Source: Vitrella brassicaformis CCMP3155 (lineage: Eukaryota > Protista > Chromerida). Taken from it: a stretch of DNA of 64,000 nucleotides. Location: contig CDMY01000427.1 in NCBI GenBank assembly GCA_001179505.1, positions 14,556 through 78,555 of the forward strand, in the 5' to 3' direction. The position numbers and the translations under genes were made by a program. This document shows positions 13,453-25,960 of this stretch, piece by piece. The stretch's first letter is position 1. Each line of letters starts with the position of its first letter. The notes beneath the pieces are model-generated. The model was not told the origin of the DNA. It did no database searches and worked only from the letters and a program-made list of their open reading frames with translations.

Positions 13453-15600
13453 ATGGCGGAGGTAGGCAGAAAACAGCCAGATCTTGAAGGCTGAAAAACA
13501 CGGAGATCAGCCAGATGATGCCAGAAGCAAAGGACACTAAGCGAATCACTGCTGTGCCTTATCTGTGCCTTATTTGTGCCCTGCTGTGTGTGTGTGTGGC
13601 AATGTGTTTTCAGGCAAAGCCAGCAGTTGACAAGAAGGTGCTGCACAAGGCGTTGAACAAGCGCGGCAAGACCAAGAAGGACAAGTATGGCGTCATGAGC
13701 TACGCCATCTGGATCGGCGCCGTCATCGCCCTCATCGTCGGCGGCGTCGTCATTCTCATCATCAACCCAGAGAAGAAACCACACCAGGTCTGCCTGCTGC
13801 AGACATGGCAGACGACATCCAATGGCATGCACACACACGCGTCGGCTCGTGTATGTATGTGTGTGTAATCTCTGCAGATGGCTGTGAACGATGACCTGCT
13901 GATAGCTCAGATCAACTCGGTGTCAACATTGTTTAAGGCTGGCGCGTCGGCTTTCTTTGAGGTGAGCATCCAATCAACCACACATCCGTCCATCCATCCA
14001 TCCATGTGTGTGTGTCCATTTCTCTGTACTACAGAATTGGTCGATAGGCGACGTCAAGAAGCGTGCCGGCATTGGGCTCACCAACCGGGTCAACCCACAC
14101 CAGTGCAACGTCAACACCAAGATGAAAATGCCGGCGGAATTCGACGCCAGGGAGAAATGGCCGGCGTGCTTCAAGCACCCGGTAGGGAGAGGGAGATGGG
14201 CACACAGACGGACGGCACGGATGCCTCTGCGTCTGTGTGTATGTAATGTCAGGTGTATGACGCCGGCAACTGCACAAGCACCTGGGCCATCATGGGTGCC
14301 TCGACGGTGTCCAACCGGTTCTGCATCCAAGACCCTAACACCTACTCGGCACTCAGACTCAGCCCACAGGTAGGCGGCCACCCATCCAATTTGCAATGCG
14401 TGTCTATCACGCGCCCTGAGTGAGTGTGGGTGTATTGTGTGTGTGCAGACATCGCTGTCTTGTGACACGCTGAACCGAGGGTGCGATGGAGGGGACCTGG
14501 ACACAATGTGGTTCCACTATGAGAAGGAGGGGCTCGTCACCGAGAAGTGCTTCCCGTAAGACAACCAACCACACACACACCACACACACACACACGGGCC
14601 ACGGTGTGTGTAAACGGGTGCGTCCGTCAGTTATACTGCCGATCCTGATGTGGGCTGCGAGGAGAAGTGCAACGACGAGCAGCCGCTCAAGATTGTCGCC
14701 CACTGTCTCGTCCACTCAGAGGACGGAATCAAACGGTACACCCACTCAACACACAACAACACAGCTTCGTTCGTGTGTGTCATTTAATGACTGACTGACA
14801 GTGAGGTGCTGCAGAACGGCCCAGTTGTGGCGCCAGTGACGCTCAACGACGACCTCCTCGTATACAAACAGGGCATCTACAAGGTGAGTGAGGCGGAGCC
14901 ACCCGCGGACGCACGCAGTGCAGTGGACGGATGCATCATCATCATGTGTGTCTGTCTGTGTGCTGTTGTTGATTTAGCCGCTGGCCACGGCCAAGAGGCT
15001 GGTGACGGACAGGCGGTACCCCGTCATACACGCCGTCAAAATCATCGGTGGACCCTACACACATACACACACAAGACATACCAGAGAGAGAGAGACGGCT
15101 GGATGTCTGTCTCTCTCTCTGTGTGTGTTGTGTGCGTTGTGTGTGCCGTCACACAGGTTGGGGCGAGAAGAACCGTCAGCCGTATTGGCTTGTGGAGAAT
15201 GCCTGGGGCGAGGACTGGGGTGAGGGCGGCTACGCCAAGATCGCCATCGAGAGGGACACCAAAGACAAAGACGACCACACCAAATCGGTCGTACTCAGCT
15301 ACTGCTTCGCACGTGAGTGAGACCCCATCCATCCCCCCTCTCTCCCCACCAATATCAGACGCATCTCAATGCGTGTGTGTGTGTGTGTGTGCAGCCACGC
15401 CATCAAACAAGGTGATGGAAGAGCAGAGCACCGCTGGCCGAGGAGGGGACGAGGCCAAGTATGAGGCCGACCTGGACTTGGCGGCCGACGACCTGCTGGC
15501 CGAAGATGAAGAGGAGGAAGATGAGGAAGAGGCAGATGAGGGTGCCGAGGGGGACGATGATGAGGAACACGCTGAGGAGGATGTCGCACTGGATGAGTGA
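13453..15600 (+). CDS. Papain-family (C1A) cathepsin-B-like protein with N-terminal membrane anchor, substituted catalytic Cys and acidic tail
   Basis: Phase-consistent exons: TM segment YAIWIGAVIALIVGGVVILII, MPAEFDAREKWPAC, DAGNCTSTWA, SCDTLNRGCDGG, NGPV, HAVKIIGWG, YWLVENAWGEDWGEGGY, then an E/D-rich C-terminus with TGA at 15598-15600. Confidence 0.9.
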
Positions 15601-17887
15601 ATAGGCAGGCAGGCAGGCAGGATGGTCAGCAGCGAGCCTGTCGGCCGATGTCATGGTATGTATGTTTTTCGTGTCTCGCTGTTCGGCTTTTTACTTTTTT
15701 CTCGGTGTTTTTCCTTTCCTTTCCTTCTTGCCTCCTTTCTCTCCATGTGTGTGTCCATGTGTGTGTAATGGTGAATCCCCCTTGTAGAGCCCTGTGTGTG
15801 GGGGTATCACTCACCCACTGTGTGTGTGCGTGTCTGTCGTCGGCTGGCTACTGCCGGGCGGCACTTCGGACAAGGACAGGCAGGCCAGCCATTTATGTGT
15901 CCGTAAGCTCTTAGGGGTCGTGCTGCCTGTGTGCATGATAATTAACCATGTCTGCGCGCGCGTGTCGATGCGACGATTCTGCATTGTGATGGATGGATGG
16001 ATGGATGGACGGATGGGTGATAATTGAAGGCTGTGATGGTGAACGTGAGTGAGACATGCACCAGAGACATCAGCTCCATCCATCCATCCATCTATCCGCC
16101 CATCGTCCACGAGAGCATACCGGTGGCTTCCCGCTGTCACAGTGTTGTGTGTGGGTATTGTTGACACCTTGATTGGATGCAATTGGCTTTCATTCGATGT
16201 GCAGGCAACACGACACGGAAAGAATGTGGTACGCTGGAACAGTAAGAGCAGCCAGAAGGGACGCCGGCATTGCAGGGGGAGGCAAAGAAGAGAAGAGCAA
16301 AAGGCCATCGCACAATGGGGTGGGTGTGAGTCGGCTTGTCTGTCTTGGGTTCAAAAATCGAGGCATTCCAGACGGTTACAACACAACACGGAAAGAAACA
16401 ACATTGTACCCGGCATGGCCAGAAGAAGACGACCAATATAAAACGTAGGCAGCAATTGAACGAACGCCCCCTCCTCCTCTTCTCCTCTTGAGGGGCATCC
16501 AAAGGAATAGGCTGGGTGGTGGATGCTTTGTGTGCGTGTGTGGCGGAGAAATGCTTAGAAAAGTCAGGCGTCGCCTCCAATGCTAAACCGTACGCACCAC
16601 TCAGTACTAGATTTGTCTATCTTCCTCCCTCCCTCCTCGCTCCCCGCCTGCCGCTGACTTCCCTTACACCCTCCTCACGATGTATCCCTTCTTCGTCGTG
16701 CGCACACCCGCTCCCGTGTCGAGGGAGGGGTTGTGGTTGCCGGTGGTGAGCTCGTCCTCGCCCCTTGTCGGTCCCTGCCGGCACGTCAGTCGCCTTGACG
16801 CCATCACGCAGCCCTGCACAAGGCGTTGCACCACCACTGGGACTGGCCTGCTGCACCACTGGGGGCCTGGACCTGCCTCCATCACTGCCTCCAGGCGGCA
16901 GCTGACGACTCGACAGGCCGCCGCCAGACTGAGGTGTCGTGCGCTCTGATGCGGGGCTGCTGCCGCCCGACTGGCGATCTGCGCGAGGGGGGATGTGGCC
17001 ACCACGGTGTGTGGGGCCGCCCGATATGTCCTTGTCGAGAGGGCCCAGGTTGATGGGTCCTGGTGGAAATGTGGGCGATGCGCCGTTGGACACCTTTGTG
17101 CAGGGGGACGAGGGCTGCTGGTTCCCATGCCGCTCCATGGCGTGGGGTCACTGCTCCCACCGGGGCTGGGCAGCGGGCTGGTCTGCCGCACCACTGGGGC
17201 GAAGCCGAGCGACGGGACGGCGTTGGCGGGCATTGATGTCTCGTCTTCACTGGCCTCGCCATACTGGTGCTCTGCTGCGGCAGACTGGGTGAGATGGGGA
17301 GGAGGCAGATCGCGTGTGGGGGCGGACGAGAGGGGAGGGGCGACGGGGACGTCCTCGCGCGACATGGGACGGGATGCGCCACCTCCACATCCGCACCGAC
17401 AGTAGGTGGCATCGGTCGGCTCGGCCCGCCGACCCACGTCCTACCCCGGCCGCGGAAGTAGGTCTCGGGTGATAGTCTTCAGGACATCAGACGTGTAGTT
17501 CTTGTAGGGATCATAGCTGACAGAGAAGTCGCAGCAGAGGGCGGACACGTGTATGGGCGTGTGGTGACGTCCCTCCCTCCCTCCCTCCCTACCTCGTCAC
17601 GGGAATGAAGTGTGAAACATAGCGCCCGATAGCGTGGCACCCGAACAGCACGTAGTCCTGACCACCCACACCATCAGGCGCACTCATCTGTATAACCTCC
17701 CTCCATCCATTTCCCCCCTATGTGCTTTGCGCGGCTACATACCTCGTGGAACAGAACGGGAAATTCCATGTCGTTTGGGCCCATTCAAACTTGACTCCGT
17801 ACTGATTGATGCATTCATGCCGACACACAAGAACACGCATCCATGTGTGACTGCATAAGTGTGTATGTGTGTGTGTGACGTGTGTAC

Positions 17888-17935
17888 CTTTTGGTAGATG
17901 GCGAAGGCCTCCTCGAACAGCTGGTACTGCAATTG
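17888..17935 (-). pseudogene. Short clathrin heavy chain exon-end fragment
   Basis: Reads QYQLFEEAFAIYQK followed by a gtacac donor, similar to clathrin LYEEAFAIFKK. The same exon end occurs at 60074. Confidence 0.6.
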
Positions 17936-20882
17936 CGGTACTGCTCGTCCTCATTGTTCAAGTCGACGAACTCCTCCGCCGGGTCTGAAGTTTGTATGGT
18001 GCGGATACGGTTGTGGTCACTGCCGTCGACATATAAAATGTAGGAGGCGATGCAGACAGGCGACTGAAGTGAGGAGGGAAGTGACAGAGACACGACACTA
18101 TACGAGAAGAGCAGTGTATGTGTGTGCGTATACCTCTGCCTCTCCTTCTCCCTCTTCAAGTCCCTCTCCTTGGCCCGCACGTGGCGCGGCACATACACCC
18201 CCGTCGGACCACCAGCACCAGCACTGGTCGGCGAGTCCTTGCCTGTCGCCGATGTGGCGGGCTTGGCCGGGCCTGCTATTGACACCTCAGGGGCGATGGA
18301 GTGGGCGAGGGGGCGGGTGACCGGGTTCGTCGTCTCAGGGGCAGCAAACGGCTGGGACGTCACACCATTCGCATCGGCAGGAGACCCAGACACTTGCGGC
18401 CTCTCACAGGCGGCAAGCAGCAGGCCAGGGGGGCGATGGCGATGGCGATGGCGATGGCTGGGGCGAGGGGTCATCCGTCTTGGCCTCCTTGGCTTCATTC
18501 AGCCGCTGCTGCGACTTCTTGGGAGGGGTCTCGTGAGCGCAGACGGGCTTGCCAAGACCCTTGGCCGATGTGGTGGTGTTTCGTCCGGTGAGTTAGAATT
18601 GCCCTTGCCGACGAGCGATATGGTGGCCCTCTTGCCCTTGGGGGGACGGCTGGTCTTGGCCGCTCCTCGCTGGTACAGCTCTCTCCGATGTCGGGCTTGG
18701 CCCTCCCACCCCTCTCCCTCTCCTCATCCCTCACGCTAGAAGTAGATTTCTTCTGCACCTTCGGCTGCTGCTGCTGCGGCTGGGCCTCAGCACCGTGACG
18801 GTATTTGGTCGCCATATCAATGGTCGGTTGAATTCTGCTGAGGCATCGTCACTTAGAAGTTAGAACCAAGGGAAGGGACAGTCCATCTCGTCGGACGACA
18901 ACGTCGGTTCGTCGGGGGCTCGCACCAAATGGGGGCCACGCGATCGCCTGAAACCAAGCCCGCAAGCGATTCAATGGATGTTCAGTGTGATGTTTGGTGG
19001 CCCTTCTGTACCTGGATGAGGCCGTCCATCGGTCATCGTGACGTCTGCAATGCTCCACACACGCCCAGACAAACATCCTTGGGTTTCTCTCTTCTGCTTT
19101 TTGTTTTCTGTGGCAAAGGCCCGCACCCCCCGTGGCTTGCTTACGTCGGACAGAGATAGGATGACATTGGTGTGCGGACATCCGATTGGCCACTTGCGAC
19201 AAAATATAAAATGGAGGCAGCGATGGATTGGCTGCAGTGAACAGACACACACAGAGGGGAATGTGTGTTAATGAGAACTGACAAGGCGGTCATTTCTTAC
19301 CTCATCTCACCGAGACACAGCCCGTTGCCTGATAGCTGACTTTAGGCGAGTGAGACACGACAATCCTTCCATGAGGATGTCGACGTGTATGTGTGCGTCG
19401 GTGTAGGTCCCTGGGTGTGTGACGCCTGGGACTTTTGTTGCGGCATCGTCGACGACTCAGAAGCAGCGGTCAGGGAAGTACATCATGCTGTTGGGGGGGT
19501 GGGGGGGTTCAGGCCTTGACGCTAGTGGCAACGAATGAGCGAACAGACGAATGAGCGAGCACCCGCCCTCCCTCGGGATGGTAGTGGTGGGGTGGCCCTT
19601 GCTCCATCTCACGGTTCATCCCCGCCGGCACAGGGGACTAGCGTGGCGATGGCGACGGCGGCAACTGATGCTGACAAGTGGCGTTGTAGCTGGTGTACTG
19701 CTGCTGATGATGCTGCTGGTGTTGGTGTTGGTGTTGGTGCCGCTGGATGGGTGGCGAGGGGATGAACTGTTCGTGAGGGCCGGAAAAGGGGCTGAGTGGC
19801 TGGAAGAAGGGCCCCCGTCCTCCTCTGAACGCCGTCATGTCCACCACCGGCTGCACGAACGCGTTGCGAGTGGTCTGATGGGAGGGGGGAGGGGGGAGTG
19901 GAGGGGCGCGTGAGGGAGGGGGGGGAGGCTGCCACGCGCTGTCACGCCGACCTTGTCCGGCCTGACAGGACACACAGACACCACGGGATGAGCGAAATGC
20001 GTCCTCCTGACCCCATGGATGGCCGAGAGGCACTCCCGACCTCCCCATCGGTGCATGAGCCCTGTGCGTGCGGTGTGCACCCCCTCACCATCGGGTGAGA
20101 GCCATGCGGCAGCTGTGCAGCATCTGAGCGAGGTCCCTGACCTCCGTGGGAATGCATCGGTCAATTCGTTGGGGGCTCGCACCAAATGGGGGCCACGCAA
20201 TCCACCTAACCAAGCCGCAAGCGATTCAGTTGATGTTAAGTGGGATGGTTCGTGGCCCTTCTGTACCTGAATCCATCGGTCCTCGTGACCTCTGCAATGC
20301 TCCACACGCTTTAGCAGACAGCCACAAACTTTGTGTGGTGCGGTTGTGATTGTGGTCACTTTCTGTCGACATATAAAACGTAGGCGGCGATGCAGATAGG
20401 CGACTGAAATGAGAGAGACACATAGAGACACGAAAGTGAATAAGAGGAGCAAGGTTTGTGTGTGTGTGTGTGTGCCCCTCCTGTTTTCGTGTGTGCTCAC
20501 CTGCAAGCGCCTGTGTGGAGAAAGGGCAAGCGACACATGCGCTGCGACACACCATACAGGGGGGAATTGTGCACCGACGCCCTCAGACACAGCGGGACAT
20601 CCCAATGACACAGCCAACAGCCGTCCAGCCCGTCAGCAGAAGAAAGTGGCCATCCATCCAGACCGACACCCACGCAGGCAGGCGGGCAGGCAGGCAGGCA
20701 GGCAGGCAGAGAGAGAGAGAGAGAGATGAAGAGAGACCGGCAGCAGACCCACACAATAGTGCCCCCCGCTCACACAAGATGCCACCCAGACGATACGGAT
20801 CCCCTCAGGCAGACACACAGACACAGATGCAGATGCAGATGCATGCATGGAGCCACCCACCCCCCACGCACCCACACGTCGA

Positions 20883-23185
20883 TCATGCCCCCCATATACT
20901 GTGCCAGAGGTCCCTGCCAGCTTGGCATGTCGCCGCCCATCCCACTTTCGCCCTCATCCACCTGTCCTGGTCTGCCGCCCTGACCGCCCACATGGCCTCT
21001 TGGGCATCCCACTCCCAGAGGTCATGGCGCTGCGGTTGCTCACTCCAGTACCAGCCCCCGTGGATGTTGTTGTGCACCACGTCGTGCACGACGGCCATCG
21101 GGGCCATCTCGGCGGGGACCAGCACCTTCGTGAAGCAACTCACCATGTTCTCCAGGCCTGGGGCGGGCACATAGGGAGGCTCTGGGTGGCGCTGCGGGGA
21201 GGAGCTCGGTGGTGGCGGCGATGAGGGAGTCGTCGTCTGCTGCCGGTGCTGCCAGTGCTGCTGGTGCTGCTGGTGCTGAGTCATGGCCGGTGCTGCTGTG
21301 GCGCCACCGGGCACGAAGTCCTTGGCGAACGGGTTGAGCTGGTGCTCCCGGCTGGTTGCGGTGCTGGTGGCTGCCTGAGTGACTGCTACCGTGTGTGGGA
21401 TGGCGGGGACGGCCTGGGGGGTCAGGGGTGAGTCCGGCAACGCATCATAGGACGCTGGGGACCCACCAGGCGACCCTGACCCCGTCTCGGCACCAGAGTC
21501 GTCGCCTGAACCAGACAGACAGACAGACAGATCAATGAAGTGAGATACCATCCATCACCATGCTAGATGCCTTCCTCTGGTGTGTATTTCTTTGCCCACC
21601 CTCAGTCTGCACTCTCTTGAGAGCCGGCGATGCCGCCGCACTGCAGGAGTAGGGGATGCCGGACTCCACAGCCTGGCGCACAGCTGCCGACTCCAGCAGC
21701 TCCAGCCCTCTAAACAGCCGCTCCTCCATCTCTCGCAGCGACGCCCTCTCCCTCTGCTTGGTTCGCAGCCCCCCTGCTGCCGTGGCCCCCAACAGGTCCA
21801 CCCAGCTCTTCGTCCACTCCACGCCGGGCGTGGCGAAGAAGGCGGCGAGTGGGCATGTGGGATGCCCATGGTGGAGGGGGTGGTGGGTGTGGCCGTCGAT
21901 GAGCTTGGGCATGTGCTCCTCCCACTGCAGGGCCATCTGCTGCTCCCTCCTCAGCTTGACGTGCTGCCACTCTGCACCCGTAGGAGGGACGGGGAGCCCC
22001 GCCATGATGGTTTCGAAGACGGGGCGGCCTCGGAGGGCGGCAAGGTAGCTCATGCCGACTCCCCACGAGAGGCTCGGCTCACCGACGAGCACGGCCTCCT
22101 CCTTGCCTCTCCCCGTCAGCATGCCCTCCGACCGCAACTCCTTGCGCTGCTCCTGCCACCCCGCGAAGATGGCGTCGGTCGTCGGGTCGCCACTGGTCGA
22201 CGCGGCGTCTTGGTCGGCATCCTCGTCCTCCTCATCATCCGGCCCCATCATCACCACGAAGTGCTCGGGCGACATGTACCAGTTGGTCCCCTCCGGTGGC
22301 GCCTCCTGTGCCTCGGTGTCGAGGGGAATGCGAGCGGCTCTCGGGCCCAGAAAGGCGGGGTGTGCGTATGGGCGGGGCGACGGGGGCGCTGCGTGGGCCT
22401 TGGCGAGGTCGATCATGACGGTGCCGTTGACGGAGGGGTGGCGCTCCAGGGTGTGGTCTCGGCCGCGGAGGGCCTCCCAGGGCAGCATGATGTTGTTGAC
22501 AAACCCATCCAGGCAGTACACGCCGTTCAGACGCGCAAGCCCGGTGGGCCTGTGTGGCCAGGACGAGGGCCTTCTGGATGACCTTGACGGCATCCAGCAC
22601 CTTGGTCCACGCCTCTCTGGTGTTGCTGCCCTGCAGAAAATCCCTCACGACCGCCACGAGGTTGTACTTGAGCCGCTCCTGCCTCTCCTTCTTCGTCCAC
22701 CCCAACAAGACCGACAGCTCGACGTAGACCTCATCTGCACGCACGAACAGCACACACAGCCACACACACAAAGGTGTTCGTGCTCTGATGGTCCTTCCTG
22801 TCCCTTCTCCCCAACACATGCAGTGACACTCTCAGAATCTGCCCTCTTATCGCTCACCGAGCAGCGGCGGCATGGCTATGCACAGGATGTCTACAGTGCT
22901 GCCGTCAGGGCGGGCGGTGTCGGCCGCGAGCAGTCGCAGAAAGGGGGGCCGGCCTCGCCGCTCCTGCATCCGCCTCACCTCAGCCTCCATCTCGCTCCTC
23001 GCCCTCGTCTTCTCTGCCGCCGTCAGCCCCCCCAGCTCCCTTGTCTTGATGGCTACATCGTCGGTGTCCTCTGGGGGGCTGTAATGTCGTCGCGGCAGCC
23101 TCCCTCTCAGCGTGGCGCTCCTCTCGTTATCAAATGTGACGGTACGGCCGTCGATCCACTTGAGCTGTGACGCAGACATGCTCAT
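20883..23185 (-). pseudogene. Divergent protein-kinase-like gene with a C-terminal PAM2 motif; frameshift at about 22541
   Basis: Kinase landmarks in order: DVAIK, EVRRMQE, RPPFLRLL, YCLDGFVNNIML, VMIDLAKA, GTNWYMSPE and SWGVGMSYLAALRGRPVF. A phase-1 intron joins this to an exon containing QLNPFAKDFVP (21309-21341). Confidence 0.65.
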
Positions 23186-23401
23186 CTCCTCTTGCTAGTT
23201 TGATCTCCTGCCGGCAGCCGTCCCACTCTTCTGCGGCTGTGGGAGTGGCTGCATACTTGCAGCAGCATCTGAGCCAGTACGTGACGAGCTCTTGTTCACG
23301 GATCTGAGAGCCGCACCCTGATGGAATGAAGAGACACGTGTGCTTGCTTCTTTCTTTGTTTGTATGTTTGTTTGTTTGTTGGCGTGGTGTGCGTACCCGA
23401 C

Positions 23402-23620
23402 AGGGTGGAATCGTGAGGACCGATTCTCGCCACAAGACCACCAAACACCTCCGCCGCCCCATATCCGAAACCCGTGATAAGAGGGACGCTCAAATATAAA
23501 ATGTAAGCAGCAATTGAGGCGCCTGACAATGAGAGAGAGAGAGAGAGAGAGGGAGACGTGATAGAGAATGACGTATGTCCTCATTGTGTGCTCACGCTCG
23601 AGCCGCCTCTTCGCCTCTCT
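23402..23620 (-). repeat. Module B copy; near-identical second copy at about 29126-29340
   Basis: gggtggaatcgtgaggaccgattctcgccacaagaccaccaaacacctccgccgccccatatccgaaacccgtgataagagggacg is present in both copies. Confidence 0.92.
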
Positions 23621-24820
23621 TCCGCGCGAGGACGACCCTTCTGCATCTTGGCTGCTCCGCATCCTCGCCAATCTGAGCAGGTGGCTCGGTCTCACTCGCC
23701 GCGGCAGCCTCACCCTCGTCCTTGCCCTCAGTCTCTTGTGGCGAGTCTACTGTGTGTGGTGGATTCACGTGGGTTCTTGTGTGGTGTCTTCACGTGGGTT
23801 TTTACATCGGCCGCATCGACAAGGCGTTGCTCCTGCTCCTCGTCGTGATCTGAGTGCACCCACACAAGGCAGACCGAGAGACGGACAATGAGATGAGATG
23901 CATCATTGTGTGGCAGGCCCGCCCACCGTATGTATCTCTCCTACCGCGGTAGTCTCCTCCTGCCGGGGCCCGTGCTGTGTCGTGTCGCGTGCTGTGTCGT
24001 GATGGTATGGATGGTACAGCACAGCGGCTCTCTAGCTGTCTGTCTGTATGTTTGTGTATGTGTGTATGATCAATCGACATATATGACATCCATCCATCCA
24101 TCCATTCATCCATCCATCCGGACAGACAGACAGACAGACAGACAGACACACAGACAGACAGACAGACACACAGACAGACAGACACACAGACAGACACCAG
24201 GGAGGCAGACAGACGGACACAGCACACACCACACCACACCACACCCCACTACACAGTGATGTTGGGCGCCCCAACCCAATGAACCCTACACCCACACAGA
24301 AATAAAAATGTACAGAAACGCACGACACCTACGTACAGACACCCACCCCTCTCCCTTCCCCCCTGCCCCCTCGCCCCCATCCCCCGTGCCACAGCATCGA
24401 GCCATCAGCACCGAACCCCTCCCGCGGATCCCCGCTGTGTGTAAACGGGTATGCAGACATCCATGTGTGTGTCGGTCGTGTGCGTGTGACCAAGACAAGA
24501 CGCCTCCATTGTGCCCATCTACAACTGACGCACACCCTCCCAGCGTGAGGCCGTGTCGGACTTACAGCGGCTCTGTCTGTATGTCTGTGTGCGTATGATC
24601 AATCGATATGACATCCATCCATCCATCCATCCAGACAGACAGACAGGCAGGCAGGAGGGCGGACAGACAGACAGACAGACGGACAAACCACACACCACAA
24701 CCACTACACACTCATGCCCAAAAAAAAAAAACAGATGCCCGAAACCCCATGGACCCTACACCCACACAAAAAGAGAAATGTAGGAAATGCACGACACCCA
24801 CGCACAGACACCGTCCCCTC

Positions 24821-24855
<35 letters not shown>

Positions 24856-24857
24856 CC

Positions 24858-25157
24858 NNNNNNNNNNNNNNNNNNNNNNNNNNNNNNNNNNNNNNNNNNN
24901 NNNNNNNNNNNNNNNNNNNNNNNNNNNNNNNNNNNNNNNNNNNNNNNNNNNNNNNNNNNNNNNNNNNNNNNNNNNNNNNNNNNNNNNNNNNNNNNNNNNN
25001 NNNNNNNNNNNNNNNNNNNNNNNNNNNNNNNNNNNNNNNNNNNNNNNNNNNNNNNNNNNNNNNNNNNNNNNNNNNNNNNNNNNNNNNNNNNNNNNNNNNN
25101 NNNNNNNNNNNNNNNNNNNNNNNNNNNNNNNNNNNNNNNNNNNNNNNNNNNNNNNNN
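24858..25157. other. Assembly gap (300 N) preceded by a poly-C run
   Basis: N run. Confidence 1.
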
Positions 25158-25654
25158 CCATCCCCTTCCAGCAAGTTCACGATTGCCATGGCCACTTCCA
25201 TGGCCACGTAAAGCACCAGCAGCAGCGGCGATCCTTCGGGGTCTGGACCTGGACCTGCTGCCTCTGCTGTGTGCCGGAGGCCGTCCCCGCTCGGCGAGCC
25301 CGCCACTGCCTCCGCTGCTCCTCCGCCACCTCGTCACACAGCAGCAGGTCCATCAGGTCGTCCCCCCCGTCGCGGCGAGTGGTGGGAACCTGATTGATGC
25401 ATTCACCGAAAGGAAACACCGAGTACATGCCTTCTCGATTCGGCTCGTCAGTCTCACCCACCTCTTGCTGCTGTCGGCCCGTGCCTCGCTGTCGGTCCAT
25501 GAGGCCGCCATGGGGCGGACCCTCACCCTCCTCATCGCCAGCCGCGTCGCCGTCGCGCCTCATTGGGTGTCCGTGGGGCGGCGCCATCTTGGGGACGTGA
25601 TGGCCGACGAACGGGGAGGACATCGTGGAATGCCGACGAACCGAACCAACGTGG

Positions 25655-25960
25655 GGGTCTCTCGCTCGCACCAAATGGGGGCCACGCGATCCACTGAACC
25701 AGGCCAGCAAGCGATTCCGTGGCTCCTCTGTACCTGAGTGAGGCCATCCATCGGTCCTCGTGACGTCTGCAATGCTCCACCAGGGCTTTGAAGGGTTGCC
25801 AACGGCCAACGCGTTGAGTGGATAATCACTTGCAGCCGATATAAAATGCAGGCGGCGATTGAGACACCTGACGAGCAAAGACACACAGAGCACCAGCGAG
25901 ACACGTCTTGGATGAATGTCTCCTCATGTCTCTCCTTCTCTCGTGCTCACTCTATAAACG
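25655..25960 (-). repeat. Module A copy; other copies at about 28715-29085 and 59515-59885, partial copies at 18915-19060 and 20165-20310
   Basis: Shared text such as ccaaatgggggccacgcgatc..gaaccaggccagcaagcgattc..gaggccatccatcggtcctcgtgac.tctgcaatgctcc..gggctttgaagggttgcc.acggccaacgcgttga.tggataatcacttgcagccgatataaaa. Confidence 0.9.

Noticed and set aside
18140-18230. GVYVPRHVR as an eIF3g or Ded1/DDX3 fragment
   Set aside because: Only a short motif match; the following sequence does not give a convincing RRM or helicase.
25839-25860. The motif as a spliced-leader or Sm-site relic
   Set aside because: Only CATTTT is shared with the dinoflagellate leader, and no snRNA-like structure is evident.
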